Source of the DNA: Nitrospirota bacterium
GTDB taxonomy: Bacteria; Nitrospirota; Thermodesulfovibrionia; Thermodesulfovibrionales; Dissulfurispiraceae
Length of the DNA: 64,000 nt
NCBI GenBank assembly: GCA_963710375.1
Contig: CAVPZX010000004.1
Span: 265,242-329,241, forward strand
Direction of reading: 5' to 3'
In this document: piece by piece, positions 27,955-38,674 of the stretch
Layout: each line of letters opens with the position of its first letter
Position numbering within the stretch: position 1 is the stretch's first letter
Notes under the pieces: model-generated
What the model was told of the DNA's origin: nothing
Database searches by the model: none
Seen by the model: the letters and a program-made list of their open reading frames with translations, nothing else
Made by a program: the position numbers and the translations under genes

Positions 27955-28689
27955 TTGATTGACAGATATAACGGTGTTTCATGTTACCGGCAACTTTCAA
28001 GCATCCTGATTGAGCAGATAAGCAATGGCACTTTCCAGCAGGGCAACCGGCTCCCTACAGAAAACGAGCTTAGCAAAAGGTATGGACTGAACAGACACAC
28101 TGTAAGACGGGCGGTGGAACGGCTGGAGTATGAAGGACTCATATATAAGATAAGGGGTAAGGGCGTATTCGTTGCAAATAATAAGATTCCCTATAAGGTC
28201 TCGAAAAAGACACAGTTTACAACCCTAATGCTCTCTGCGGGTCTGACCCCTGATTCAGAACTGCTGGATTCATATGAAATTACCGCGGGAAATGAAATAT
28301 CTGGCAAGCTCAATATATCCCCCTCCGATAAGGTCATAGCGCTGGACATACTGAGGTACGCTGACGAAGTGCCTTTTTGTCATTCCATAACTTATCTGAG
28401 GTCTGATATCTTTCCGGGTCTGCTCGGCTTGCTGAACGGCCTTTACTCCATTTATGACGTGCTGAAAAAACACTATGACATTGACATGCAAAGGGTGTCT
28501 TCCACGTTCGAAGTCACGATGCCGGGAGATCCGGAAATGGACCTGCTGCAGATATCCGCAAAAATACCTGTACTTATGGTCAGCAGTATATCGAGAAGCC
28601 AGCACGGAGACCTGGTTGAATATTGTAAAACGTGTTTCAGGGGAGACCTCAGCAGAATTACAGTGGATTTCGATGGTGAAGGAAGGTGA
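27955..28689 (+). CDS. phnF: GntR/HutC-family phosphonate regulator
   Basis: RLPTENELSKRYGLNRHTVRRA, GKGVFV, UTRA domain; likely TTG start after GGGAGA. Confidence 0.88.
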   Translation: MIDRYNGVSCYRQLSSILIEQISNGTFQQGNRLPTENELSKRYGLNRHTVRRAVERLEYEGLIYKIRGKGVFVANNKIPYKVSKKTQFTTLMLSAGLTPDSELLDSYEITAGNEISGKLNISPSDKVIALDILRYADEVPFCHSITYLRSDIFPGLLGLLNGLYSIYDVLKKHYDIDMQRVSSTFEVTMPGDPEMDLLQISAKIPVLMVSSISRSQHGDLVEYCKTCFRGDLSRITVDFDGEGR

Positions 28690-28793
28690 TAGTTTGATGA
28701 AATGATCGGCAGGGCTGACCGTGCGGGACGGACACCATATCGGTTCGATAACACTGGATATTATTTAAATATTTAATGTAAATGGAGGAAACG

Positions 28794-29708
28794 ATGAAAA
28801 AGTATTTTCTGGCTTTAGGGCTTGCTGCGGCCCTGATGATAACTCTGACCGGGACGCTTAGAGCTGAACAAAAAAGTCTGGTGATGGGTCTCATTCCGGC
28901 TGAGGACCCCGCGGCCATGATCGAGCAAATCAAACCTATGAAGGCATGGATGGAGAAAGAACTGGGACAGCACATCGAGCTTTTCACCGCCACTGATTAC
29001 TCCGGCGTGATCGAGGCCATGCGGGTCAAGAAAGTGGATTTTGCCTGGTTCGGTCCCTTCTCTTACGTGATGGCCCATGACCGGGCAGGAGCCGACGCCT
29101 TTGCCGTGGGCGTCGATCCCAAGGGCAAAAGCACTTATTGCTCGTACCTGGTTGCAACACCGGAAACGGCCCGGAAGCTGGGCATCACCACTCCATTGGT
29201 AGGGGAAGAGGGCATGAAAGTCATCTATCAAAAACTTAACCAACACAAAAATGAACTCACTTTCACTTTCACCGACCCGGCCTCCACCTCTGGCTATGCA
29301 GTACCCAGGTACTTCATGTGGAAAGTCGGTATGGATCCGGAAAAAGTGTTCCAAAAGGTGGGCTTCAGCGGCACTCATGACGCGGCCGAGCTGATGGTGA
29401 AAAACAAGACGGTCGATATGGCATCCGATAACGATATGACGAATCCTGCAATGGTCGCAAAGGGGCGAATCTCGCCCCAGACCAATATTATTATATGGAA
29501 ATCTATTCCTCTTCCGGGTTCTCCAGTGGCTTACCGGCATGACTTGCCCGAGAACATCAAGGCCGAACTGAAAAAGGCGATTACCACAATCCCCAAAGAA
29601 GCCAACAAGGTCACTGCTTTTGGGAACATAACCGGTTGGGAAATAGTTACCGACGCCGACTATTCGCTTATTAAACAAGTCAAGAAAGTGATAGACGGCC
29701 TGAGATAG
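28794..29708 (+). CDS. phnD: Phosphonate ABC transporter substrate-binding protein
   Basis: Signal peptide; ATDYSGVIEAM, FGPFSYV, DPASTSGY, FSGTHDA. Confidence 0.92.
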   Translation: MKKYFLALGLAAALMITLTGTLRAEQKSLVMGLIPAEDPAAMIEQIKPMKAWMEKELGQHIELFTATDYSGVIEAMRVKKVDFAWFGPFSYVMAHDRAGADAFAVGVDPKGKSTYCSYLVATPETARKLGITTPLVGEEGMKVIYQKLNQHKNELTFTFTDPASTSGYAVPRYFMWKVGMDPEKVFQKVGFSGTHDAAELMVKNKTVDMASDNDMTNPAMVAKGRISPQTNIIIWKSIPLPGSPVAYRHDLPENIKAELKKAITTIPKEANKVTAFGNITGWEIVTDADYSLIKQVKKVIDGLR

Positions 29709-29795
29709 GGGTTCGTTCCTGCGGCGCTGAGGGCAGGGTTCGGGGTATTTGACCTGGGCTGCTGTCTCAGCGTACACCGCAGGGCCTTGGAGGAC

Positions 29796-30584
29796 ATGAT
29801 GATAAAAATAGCAAATCTCACAAAACAATTTAACGGCCATAAAGTCTTGTGCGGCGTGAATTTGCGGGTAAGGAAAGGTGAGCCCGTTGCCCTTATAGGC
29901 CCCAGCGGGTCTGGGAAAACCACCTTGATCCGGTCGATCAACGGGTTTGTGGTTCCGGACGAAGGGACGATTTCAGTCGGCGGCCAGGAAATAAAGTTTC
30001 GCGACCGGGAGTCTCTGCGCCAAAGCCGGAGAAAGATAGGTATGATCTACCAGCTTTTCAATCTGGTGGAGAGGACCTCGGTTCGGGTAAATGTAATGGC
30101 TGGCGCCCTGGGGAGACTGGACCGCGGGATTTCACTGCTCTCTTCCACCGTAGGTTTTTTCGGCAAGAGGGAGATGGACAAAGCCATGGAGCTTCTCAAT
30201 TTTGTGGGATTGGAGGATAAGGCCGGGGAAAGGGTGGACAGGCTCAGCGGAGGTCAGAAACAGAGGGTCGCTATTGCTCGGGCCCTGATGCAGGAGCCTG
30301 AGGTGCTCCTTGCGGACGAGCCCATAGCCAACCTTGACCCAAAGTCCAGTAAAAAAATTATGGACCTTTTGCTTAGGATAAACCAGGAGAAGAAGATAAC
30401 CCTGATCACTGTTCTCCATCACATGGAATCCGTACGGGACCATTTCGAGCGGGTGATTGCCCTCAAAGAGGGGAGCATTTGCTTTGACGTCCACACCCGA
30501 GACCTGAATGATCACCGCCTTCAGGAGATATATACATTCGACGAGGAAATTGAATGCGTTACAGCGAAAGCCGGCAATATGTGA
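29796..30584 (+). CDS. phnC: Phosphonate ABC transporter ATPase
   Basis: GPSGSGKT, LSGGQKQRVAIARAL, LADEPIANLDP. Confidence 0.92.
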   Translation: MMIKIANLTKQFNGHKVLCGVNLRVRKGEPVALIGPSGSGKTTLIRSINGFVVPDEGTISVGGQEIKFRDRESLRQSRRKIGMIYQLFNLVERTSVRVNVMAGALGRLDRGISLLSSTVGFFGKREMDKAMELLNFVGLEDKAGERVDRLSGGQKQRVAIARALMQEPEVLLADEPIANLDPKSSKKIMDLLLRINQEKKITLITVLHHMESVRDHFERVIALKEGSICFDVHTRDLNDHRLQEIYTFDEEIECVTAKAGNM

Positions 30585-32110
30585 ACAGGGCCGGGAAGCT
30601 GTTGCTGTGGTCCATCTTCCTGGTCATTCTGGGTTTTTCATTCAAGATTTCGAAGGTGGATGTCGGGTCGCTTATCGAGGGATTGTCACAATCATTTGCT
30701 TTGGTCAGGGAGATGCTGCCGCCGAATTTTTCCAGGTGGAGGCATATCTTCAGACTGACCGCGGAAACAGTGACCATGGGTTTTTGGGGTACGATGCTCG
30801 GGATGATCTTTTCCCTGCCCCTTGGATTTCTGGCTGCCAGGAATACGTCCAGTAATCCATTCTTATACCACCTCTCCAGGGGGTTGATCACCCTGCTGAG
30901 ATCTGTTCCCGATGTTGTTTATGGCTTTTTTTTCGTGACCTCATTCGGCCTCGGACCGCAGGCAGGGGTGGTGGCCCTAACCATGGCAACGGTGGGGCTT
31001 CTTGGCAAATTTTACTCTGAAGCTGTGGAAAGCATCGATGAAAAGCCGGTGGAAGCGTTGGCGGCTACTGGCAGCCATGGCCTCAGTGTTATCCGCCATG
31101 CTGTTGTTCCCCAAGTGCTGCCCTTATTCATGGGTTATAACCTTTACATGCTGGACCATAATATCAGGGTCGCCCTGGCGCTGGGAGTGGTAGGTGCAGG
31201 CGGGCTGGGTGTGGAACTGTTTATCCAAATGCGCGCCTTTCATTATCAGAAGGCTGCCGCCATACTCGTGATCATGCTGGTCGTTATTACTATTATCGAT
31301 AGGGCTTCCGCAAGCCTGCGCAACAAAATCATTAAAGGCGGCTTTTTAAATTCAGAGACCCGCATTCAGGATGTGGTATTGATGGTTGTCATCGGCCTGT
31401 TTATTCTCATCTGCCTTTGTTCCGTTCCGGTGGATATGAAGGAACTGGCTGCCGGCGTGCCGCGTATATGGCGATTTATGAAAGGAATGATGCCCCCCGA
31501 TTTTTCGAGACTTACGGTTTACCTGAAATTGATGCTCGAAACCGTAGCCATGGGTATCAGCGGTACATTCCTGGCGATTGTCCTGGGGGTCCCGCTCGGA
31601 GTGCTGGCGGCCCGGAACGTCACCCATAATTCGATAATCTATAATCTGGCAAAGGAGATTACAAATTTTTTCCGGGCTACACCGGACCTCGTGTTTGCCT
31701 TGATTTTCGTGGTGGCGGTCGGGTTGGGGCCATTTGCGGGGGTCCTGGCCCTGGGCCTGAACACCACCGGGTTTTTGGGAAAGTTTTATGCGGAGGCCAT
31801 CGAAAATGTTGACCCTAGGCCGGTCGAGGCAGTGGAGGCTTCAGGGGCCAGGCTTCTTCAGCGGATCACTCACGCCATTTTCCCGCAAGTCCTGCCGCTT
31901 TTTAACAGTTACAACTTGTATATCCTGGAGCGGAACATTCGGTATTCCACTATTATGGGCTTGGTAGGCGCCGGCGGCATTGGCTTCGAACTGGTCATGA
32001 CTTCGAGAATGTTTGAGTATCGCCAGATGGCAGCTATGCTTTTGATCATATTGGCTACCATTATGTTGGTGGACCGGCTCTCTTCTTATTTAAGGAAAAA
32101 AGTGGTATGA
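30554..32110 (+). CDS. phnE: Phosphonate ABC permease, two PhnE domains fused
   Basis: Duplicated motifs LLGKFYSEAVE / FLGKFYAEAIE and GVVGAGGLG / GLVGAGGIG. Confidence 0.92.
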   Translation: MRYSESRQYVNRAGKLLLWSIFLVILGFSFKISKVDVGSLIEGLSQSFALVREMLPPNFSRWRHIFRLTAETVTMGFWGTMLGMIFSLPLGFLAARNTSSNPFLYHLSRGLITLLRSVPDVVYGFFFVTSFGLGPQAGVVALTMATVGLLGKFYSEAVESIDEKPVEALAATGSHGLSVIRHAVVPQVLPLFMGYNLYMLDHNIRVALALGVVGAGGLGVELFIQMRAFHYQKAAAILVIMLVVITIIDRASASLRNKIIKGGFLNSETRIQDVVLMVVIGLFILICLCSVPVDMKELAAGVPRIWRFMKGMMPPDFSRLTVYLKLMLETVAMGISGTFLAIVLGVPLGVLAARNVTHNSIIYNLAKEITNFFRATPDLVFALIFVVAVGLGPFAGVLALGLNTTGFLGKFYAEAIENVDPRPVEAVEASGARLLQRITHAIFPQVLPLFNSYNLYILERNIRYSTIMGLVGAGGIGFELVMTSRMFEYRQMAAMLLIILATIMLVDRLSSYLRKKVV

Positions 32111-32157
32111 GGACGACGTATAGGTAACAGTGAACAATGACCGGTGAGGAATAGATA

Positions 32158-32571
32158 GTGGAATTTCAATTATTGATAACAAAAATCGACGACAGATCAA
32201 TAGAAAAACTGATCAGCCTGATGCCTGGAAATGAAATTGACATCGTAAAGACACCTGAGACCGGTCTTCTGATGATGGCGGTAAAGGATTCCTTTGACGT
32301 GGAATTCTATCTGGGAGAGATACTTGTGACAGAGGCGGAGGTTAGGTACAAAGGTAATAAAGGGTATTCGATGGTCATGGGAGACGAGCCCCATCGGGCG
32401 ATTGCGGCCGCTGTTGTGGACGCTGTCTCGAAAAGCGACAATGACAATTTGAAAATAAAAATAAACGGGATTTTTTCGTTGTGCATGAAAAGAGCGGCCA
32501 AAAATGAAAAACGGCAGGAAAAACTCACAGCCAAAACAAAAGTAAATTTTGAAACAATGAGAAAAGGGTAG
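32158..32571 (+). CDS. phnG: C-P lyase subunit PhnG
   Basis: PETGLLMM, FYLGEILVTEAEV. Confidence 0.9.
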   Translation: MEFQLLITKIDDRSIEKLISLMPGNEIDIVKTPETGLLMMAVKDSFDVEFYLGEILVTEAEVRYKGNKGYSMVMGDEPHRAIAAAVVDAVSKSDNDNLKIKINGIFSLCMKRAAKNEKRQEKLTAKTKVNFETMRKG

Positions 32572-32581
32572 GGAACGGCTT

Positions 32582-33163
32582 ATGGACAATATATACATGC
32601 TGACGCAGAATACATATAGCATAATCCTCCAAGCGATATGCCATCCCGGAAGAGTTTATCAGCTGTCTGCCAACGATAACCCAGCCGGCGCCGGTAAGAC
32701 TGATGGATTAATGTCAGTTCTTCTGACCCTTCTTGATCATGAGGTGACATTTTTTCTCCTTGGAAGCGATGCCGACCATATGGAAGCTGAGATATTCGAA
32801 CTGACGAGAAGCACTGTCTCCGATATTGGATCTGCTGATTTCATTATAATTACCGATGGTAATAACGGGGGCGAACTGCTGAAAGCGAACAGAGGAAGCC
32901 TTGATTATCCTGATGCCGGCGCAACCGTGATTTATGTAATTGACAGCCTGGGGGACAGAAGCAATGGAAAAAGTCATGTGGTATTGAAAGGCCCTGGCAT
33001 AAAAGACGGACGCGAAATATTCGTCGGCGGGCGCGTGAAAGATGAATTGCTTTGCATCAAGGAGGCCAACGCGGAATTCCCGCTGGGCGTAGACTGCATC
33101 TTCATAGATAAGTCCGACAAGATAATGTGCATTCCGAGATCAACAATGATAGAGGTGAATTAG
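32582..33163 (+). CDS. phnH: C-P lyase subunit PhnH
   Basis: LLTLLDHEV, GSLDYPDAGAT, LKGPGI, FPLGVD, IPRST. Confidence 0.93.
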   Translation: MDNIYMLTQNTYSIILQAICHPGRVYQLSANDNPAGAGKTDGLMSVLLTLLDHEVTFFLLGSDADHMEAEIFELTRSTVSDIGSADFIIITDGNNGGELLKANRGSLDYPDAGATVIYVIDSLGDRSNGKSHVVLKGPGIKDGREIFVGGRVKDELLCIKEANAEFPLGVDCIFIDKSDKIMCIPRSTMIEVN

Positions 33164-33165
33164 CT

Positions 33166-34278
33166 ATGGGTTATGTTGCTGTAAAAGGCGGTAAGGAAGC
33201 CATAGAAAATGCTGCAAAGCTGCTTTCTTATGAGAGGATAAAAGGCAAGGCGCACCTGCTCGGGACAGATCAGATCAGAGAGCAATTATACCTAGCAGTT
33301 GACAGGGTCATGGGCGAAGGCTCGCTGTATGCACCTGACCTTGCAGCACTTGCCATAAAGCAATCTGCAGGAGACACTTTTGAGGCTTCTTTTATGCTCA
33401 GGGCTTACAGGGCCACGAGACCGAGAGTTGGTTATTCTATTCCGCAATCGACAACGGAAATAAAGATCACTAGAAGAATTTCTGCCGCTTTCAAGGACAT
33501 CCCGGGCGGACAAATCCTCGGGCCTACATCGGATTATACGCTCAGACTCCTTGATTTCGAACTGTTGAATGACAATCAGAAAGCGAGAAAGTCATATTTA
33601 AGCAACCTTTTTAAAGGACTCATGGATGTCGATCAACTGCCTGATTCGTTTCCCAGGGTGATAGAAATAATGAGAAAAGAGGGGCTTTTGGTAGAGCAGG
33701 CAGGAAACTCGAGCCCGGATATTTCCGGTATATATGATGTAACCAGACAGTCCCTGACGTTTCCCGTCGGCCGAAGCGCCACGCTGCAGTCGATGGCGAG
33801 GGGCGAGACGGGAGGGTTACTTTTACTGGCGTATTCCAATATGCGCGGCTACGGAGATGTTCATCCTACTGTCGGCGAACTGAGGGTCGGATACATTCCT
33901 GTAAAAATCAAACATCCCTATACCGGGGGGTTATACACCGTAGGTGAAGTAAAAATAACGGAAGCAGAGGTCATAGCAAAATTCACGGCAAATGACGGAT
34001 CGCCCAAATTCACTCTTGGTTACGGACTTTGTTTTGGACACAATGAAACCAAAGCGATTTCGATGGCGATCCTCGACAGGGCTATGCAGGCAGGAGGAAA
34101 AAGGATGCCGTCTGAAGATCAGGAATTCGTCCTGTCACATATCGACGGCATCGATGCATTGGGTTTTTGTGCCCACTGGAAGCTGCCGCATTATGTGACA
34201 TTCCAATCCGATCTGGACAGGCTGAGAAAGGCGCGCGAAGAATTTTTCGGTAGTCCGAAAGCAGGCAGCGGAAAATGA
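33166..34278 (+). CDS. phnI: C-P lyase subunit PhnI
   Basis: YVAVKGGKEAI, RRISAAFKDIPGGQILGPT, HWKLPHYVTFQS. Confidence 0.96.
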   Translation: MGYVAVKGGKEAIENAAKLLSYERIKGKAHLLGTDQIREQLYLAVDRVMGEGSLYAPDLAALAIKQSAGDTFEASFMLRAYRATRPRVGYSIPQSTTEIKITRRISAAFKDIPGGQILGPTSDYTLRLLDFELLNDNQKARKSYLSNLFKGLMDVDQLPDSFPRVIEIMRKEGLLVEQAGNSSPDISGIYDVTRQSLTFPVGRSATLQSMARGETGGLLLLAYSNMRGYGDVHPTVGELRVGYIPVKIKHPYTGGLYTVGEVKITEAEVIAKFTANDGSPKFTLGYGLCFGHNETKAISMAILDRAMQAGGKRMPSEDQEFVLSHIDGIDALGFCAHWKLPHYVTFQSDLDRLRKAREEFFGSPKAGSGK

Positions 34279-35174
34279 AGCTTGATAACTACATGCAAAA
34301 AAAAGGAAGCAGGCAAAGGGCCCTTGATTACAACTTTGGATTTTTGGACGAAAGCGCAAAAAAGGAGATTAGGCGCAAGATACTTAAGGCAGTTGCCATC
34401 CCCGGATATCAGGTCCCTTTTGCGTCACGGGAACTGCCGATTGCAAAGGGCTGGGGAACTGGAGGGCTGCAGATAACCCTTTCCATCATCGGCAGAGGCG
34501 ATGTGCTGAAGGTGATAGACCAGGGGTGTGACGGAAGCGTCAATGCAGTGAACATAAAGAAATTTATAAGCAGGGTAACGGGCGTAAAAACCACAACTGT
34601 TACCGGTGAGGCCACTATTATCCAGACGAGGCACAGGATTCCCGAAGAAAGGATGAGCGAAGACCAAATCCTTGTTCTCCAGGTACCCTTTCCTGAGGCG
34701 CTTAGGATGGTGGAGCCGTCCGAACTCGAGACGCGGCGGATGCATGGAGAGGCCGACTACAGCAGAATGTGGCTTTATCTCTATGAAGATATAGTGCGGT
34801 ATAGTGAAATAAGCATAGGGGCGAGGTATCCGGTGACTGTAAATGGAAGATATATTATGGACCCGAGTCCTATACCCAGATGGGACATATCGAAACTCAA
34901 CATGGCAGATACAATATATATTTTTGGGGCCGGACGGGAAAAAAGGATTTATGCCGTGCCCCCGCATACAAAAGTTGAGCCCCTGGAGTTCGAAGACTTC
35001 AAATTCAGGGTTGAGGATTTCAGGGGAGCGGCATGCTGCAGGTGCGGCAGCACGGATACTTTTCTCGATGAGATCATCGATGAAGTTTCCGGCGGGAGGG
35101 TTTACCAGTGCTCGGATACGGGGCAGTGCGATTTCAGCTCCCAGACAAACGAAACTAATGGAAAAGTGTCATAG
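34275..35174 (+). CDS. phnJ: C-P lyase PhnJ
   Basis: AVAIPGYQVPFASRE, GWGTGG, IQTRHRIPE, CRCGS...CSDTGQC. Confidence 0.97.
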   Translation: MKLDNYMQKKGSRQRALDYNFGFLDESAKKEIRRKILKAVAIPGYQVPFASRELPIAKGWGTGGLQITLSIIGRGDVLKVIDQGCDGSVNAVNIKKFISRVTGVKTTTVTGEATIIQTRHRIPEERMSEDQILVLQVPFPEALRMVEPSELETRRMHGEADYSRMWLYLYEDIVRYSEISIGARYPVTVNGRYIMDPSPIPRWDISKLNMADTIYIFGAGREKRIYAVPPHTKVEPLEFEDFKFRVEDFRGAACCRCGSTDTFLDEIIDEVSGGRVYQCSDTGQCDFSSQTNETNGKVS

Positions 35175-35175
35175 G

Positions 35176-36045
35176 ATGGACATGATTATACGTGAGACAA
35201 GGGAACAGGTCTTGAATTCTGTTTCGCCGGTCATGAAGGCGGAAGGACTCACAAAGATCTACGGCATCGGATGCCCTGTTTGCAGGGAATCAACAGGCCC
35301 GGGATTTGAGACGAACATGTGCAGACGGTGCGGTTCTGTGGTTGCATGCGGCGATATTTCGTTCGAGCTTTATCCTGATGAGGTGCTGGGGATAGTCGGC
35401 GAGAGCGGTTCGGGCAAGAGTACACTTGTAAAGCTGCTCTATTTTGATTCTGAAGCTACACATGGGGCGATCTATATAAATGATTCGGCTGACAATGTGC
35501 TCTCGCTGAGTCCGTTTCAAAAAAGGCGAATCAGAAATTCCTGCATGGGTATGGTGTATCAAAATCCTCACTATGGGCTCAGGATGGAGGTGAGTTCCGG
35601 AGGCAATATTTCGGAACGCCTGATTATGGCTGGATGGAGAAACATAGCCGCAATGCGCGAAAGGGCTTCCTATCTGCTTAAGAAAACAGAAATTCCGGTC
35701 CTGAGAATTGATGAGCCTCCGGCAAATTTTAGCGGGGGGGAGCAGCAAAGGGTCCAGATCTCGAAGGCATTGTCGAACAATCCATTGATTCTTTTCCTCG
35801 ACGAAGTTACAACGGGCCTAGACCTTTCTGTTCAGGCGAGGGTGCTTGATCTGATCAGGGATCTGCAAAGTGATTTACATCTGTCTGTCATCGTCGTATC
35901 GCATGATCTGGGCGTTATCAGGCTGCTGACAACGAGGACAATGGTGATGAAATACGGCAGGGTTGTTGAATCTGGGCTCACGGACCAGATACTGGAAGAT
36001 CCTCAGCACCATTACACACAGCTTCTGGTAAGCTCACAACTCTAA
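35176..36045 (+). CDS. phnK: C-P lyase ATPase PhnK
   Basis: GIVGESGSGKS, FSGGEQQRVQI, GLDLSVQARVLD, ESGLTDQILEDPQHHYTQLLVSS. Confidence 0.95.
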   Translation: MDMIIRETREQVLNSVSPVMKAEGLTKIYGIGCPVCRESTGPGFETNMCRRCGSVVACGDISFELYPDEVLGIVGESGSGKSTLVKLLYFDSEATHGAIYINDSADNVLSLSPFQKRRIRNSCMGMVYQNPHYGLRMEVSSGGNISERLIMAGWRNIAAMRERASYLLKKTEIPVLRIDEPPANFSGGEQQRVQISKALSNNPLILFLDEVTTGLDLSVQARVLDLIRDLQSDLHLSVIVVSHDLGVIRLLTTRTMVMKYGRVVESGLTDQILEDPQHHYTQLLVSSQL

Positions 36046-36053
36046 GGGAGAAT

Positions 36054-36779
36054 ATGAGAATAGGCGTGATTTCAGATGTGCACGGCAATTATGAAGCCCT
36101 GACAGCAGTTTTGCAGGCAATAGATAAAGAGGGAGTAGACCTGCTGGTCAATTCAGGCGACAACATAGGGTACTCGGCCTTTCCGAATGAATGTGTATCT
36201 CTCTTATCGGAAACAAATGTAACAGCGGTTATGGGTAACTATGATGATGCGGGCTCCATGCTCCGCCCTTCCTGCGGCTGCGGGACAGGAGATGATGATA
36301 CAAATCGGATACGATTGGCATCGCTCAGGTGGACACAGGAAAGAATTTCTGAGGAAACGAGAAAATACCTGTCGTCATTGCCTGTTACATACGGATTCGA
36401 GACCGGAAACTGGAAAACGCTGATGTTTCACGGAGGCCCAGAAAATCTGACCCAATGGATAACGGCAAACGATTATGATCTGCTTGCATCTATTGCAGAG
36501 AGATGTGACGCAAGGCTCGTCATAATGGGACATACTCATAAACCTTTCTCAATATTGATAAACGGCACTCTCTTCGTAAATCCCGGCGCCGTGGGCAGGC
36601 CTTTTGACGGGAACCCAAGGGCGTCTTTCGCGATTATTGATGTTGAAAAGGAAATCAGCGTAAGTTTCCGTCGCGTGGGCTATGATGTCGAAAAAAACAT
36701 AAAGGCCCTCGTTGACGCGGGGCTTCCTGCTGAAATAGGAATAATGCTGAGACACGGGAGGGATTCGCACATTGATTAG
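36054..36779 (+). CDS. Calcineurin-like metallophosphoesterase (YfcE/MJ0936 type)
   Basis: SDVHGN, GDNIGY, MGNYD, FHGG, GHTH, NPGAVG. Confidence 0.9.
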   Translation: MRIGVISDVHGNYEALTAVLQAIDKEGVDLLVNSGDNIGYSAFPNECVSLLSETNVTAVMGNYDDAGSMLRPSCGCGTGDDDTNRIRLASLRWTQERISEETRKYLSSLPVTYGFETGNWKTLMFHGGPENLTQWITANDYDLLASIAERCDARLVIMGHTHKPFSILINGTLFVNPGAVGRPFDGNPRASFAIIDVEKEISVSFRRVGYDVEKNIKALVDAGLPAEIGIMLRHGRDSHID

Positions 36780-37473
36780 AGTAGAGAATCTGTCGAAGAC
36801 TTTCAATATCCACATTCTCAACAACAAGGTCATCAATGCTTTTTACGATGTCTCATTCCATGTAAAAAAAGGCGAGTTCCTGGTCCTTTCCGGTCCGAGC
36901 GGCTCAGGTAAAAGCACGATTCTAAAATGCATTTACCGGACTTATTTATCAACCGGGGGGAACATTTGGTTTGATTCAGCGGAATACGGGAAGCTCAATA
37001 TAGCGACTGCCGCGAACCACGCGATCCTCAGCATCAGAAAAAGAGAGGTTGGATATGTGTCCCAGTTTCTGAAGGTAATCCCGAGAGTGCCGGCCATCGA
37101 TATTGTTGCAGAACCTCTCGTGACAAAAAGCAGGCTGTCATTGGACAAGGCAAGAACCAGGGCGGGAGAGCTCCTGGAGAGACTGGACATTCCAACCTAT
37201 CTTTTCGATGCCTATCCCTGCAGCTTTAGCGGAGGAGAACAACAAAGGGTGAATATAGCAAGAGCTGTGATCTGGGCGCCGCGCCTGTTGCTTCTCGATG
37301 AACCAACTGCGTCCCTGGACAAGAATTCGATAGCTATTGTTATAGGGTTGCTTAAGAAGCTTAAAGATGAGGGGACTACCATGATAGGCACATTCCATGA
37401 CCGTTTCATTATTGATTCCGTAATGGACAAAAAATACGAAATGAAACATGAGGTCGCAGAAAATGCGGCATAG
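36772..37473 (+). CDS. phnL: C-P lyase ATPase PhnL
   Basis: GPSGSGKS, YVSQFLKVIPRV, FSGGEQQRVNIAR, LLDEPTASLD. Confidence 0.95.
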   Translation: MIRVENLSKTFNIHILNNKVINAFYDVSFHVKKGEFLVLSGPSGSGKSTILKCIYRTYLSTGGNIWFDSAEYGKLNIATAANHAILSIRKREVGYVSQFLKVIPRVPAIDIVAEPLVTKSRLSLDKARTRAGELLERLDIPTYLFDAYPCSFSGGEQQRVNIARAVIWAPRLLLLDEPTASLDKNSIAIVIGLLKKLKDEGTTMIGTFHDRFIIDSVMDKKYEMKHEVAENAA

Positions 37474-38626
37474 TGCCGACGTGATAATCGAAAATGCGTC
37501 CATTGCGACTACTTCGGGAACACTAACGGGAAGTTCTCTGAAAATCGAAGCCGGCATTATATCTGAGATAAAAGAGGGTCCGATAAAGGCTGGTGGCCGG
37601 AGAATTGACGCGGAGGGGAGATATGTCATACCTGGATTCGTCGATCTTCACAGCGACGCCATAGAAAAGGAGATCGAGCCAAGGCCAAATACCTACTTCC
37701 CGAAGGATGTAGCGATCTTTGAACTGGACAAAAAACTTGCGGCCTGCGGGGTCACAACTATCTTTCATGCGCTCTCTTTTGCCGAAGGCGAGGTAGGGGT
37801 ACGTTCAAACGGGATGGCCACGGACATAATAAAAGAAGTTGACAGGCTCGCCCCGAAGCTGGGCGTGAAGACAAGGATACACGCGAGATTCGAGATTACC
37901 GATGCCGGCGCCGTTCCCTATCTGGAAGGACTTCTGAATGGCGGGCAGATACATCTCCTTTCCTTTATGGACCACACCCCCGGCCAGGGTCAATATAAGG
38001 ATATCGCATCCTTTAAGAATTATTTCGGGAGAGTATATAAGAAAAGCGATGAAGAACTTGACAGAATAATCGACCGGAAGCTTACGGCAAAAAAACATAC
38101 CAGGTTCCACGTTCAGCGCGTCATAGATTTATGCACATCGCTCGGCATCCCCATGGCGTCGCATGATGACGATACGCCGGAAAGAATACGGTGGCTAAGG
38201 GAAAAGCGCATAGGCATATCGGAATTTCCTGTGAACCGGGAAGCCCTGAAGACCGCAAAAGAGATGGATATCTTTACGTGTCTCGGAGCCCCGAACGTTT
38301 TAAGGGGAAATTCCCAGGTAGGCAATTTGAGCGCAAGGGATGCGTTGTCGGAGGGATATGGAGATATCATCTGTTCCGATTATTCTCCGATGACTATCCT
38401 TCATGCCCTATTTACGATCGTGAACAGCGGTATCCTCCCGCTCCATCAGGCGGTGAATAAGGTGAGTCTGAATCCTGCTTCAGCCGTCGGCATTCAAGGC
38501 AGGACAGGATCCATAGAAGAAGGGAAGGAAGCGGATCTTGCCATTGTGGATGTCGCTGATGGAGTTCCTCGTATTTTGAGGACATATGTGTCGGGCAGGG
38601 AGGTATTTTCAGCATGTGGTTATTAG
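37463..38626 (+). CDS. phnM: Ribose 1-methylphosphonate 5-triphosphate diphosphatase
   Basis: PGFVDLHSD, MDHTPGQGQY, ASHDDDT, GAPNVLRG, SDY. Confidence 0.95.
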   Translation: MRHSADVIIENASIATTSGTLTGSSLKIEAGIISEIKEGPIKAGGRRIDAEGRYVIPGFVDLHSDAIEKEIEPRPNTYFPKDVAIFELDKKLAACGVTTIFHALSFAEGEVGVRSNGMATDIIKEVDRLAPKLGVKTRIHARFEITDAGAVPYLEGLLNGGQIHLLSFMDHTPGQGQYKDIASFKNYFGRVYKKSDEELDRIIDRKLTAKKHTRFHVQRVIDLCTSLGIPMASHDDDTPERIRWLREKRIGISEFPVNREALKTAKEMDIFTCLGAPNVLRGNSQVGNLSARDALSEGYGDIICSDYSPMTILHALFTIVNSGILPLHQAVNKVSLNPASAVGIQGRTGSIEEGKEADLAIVDVADGVPRILRTYVSGREVFSACGY

Positions 38627-38674
38627 ACCGTAATATCTATAAAAATGATGTAGAGCACAAACTCTGGAGGACCA

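Noticed and set aside
34843..35175. Long N-terminal extension of phnK in the ORF track
   Set aside because: It overlaps phnJ out of frame; the likely start is ATG 35176, just after the phnJ stop.
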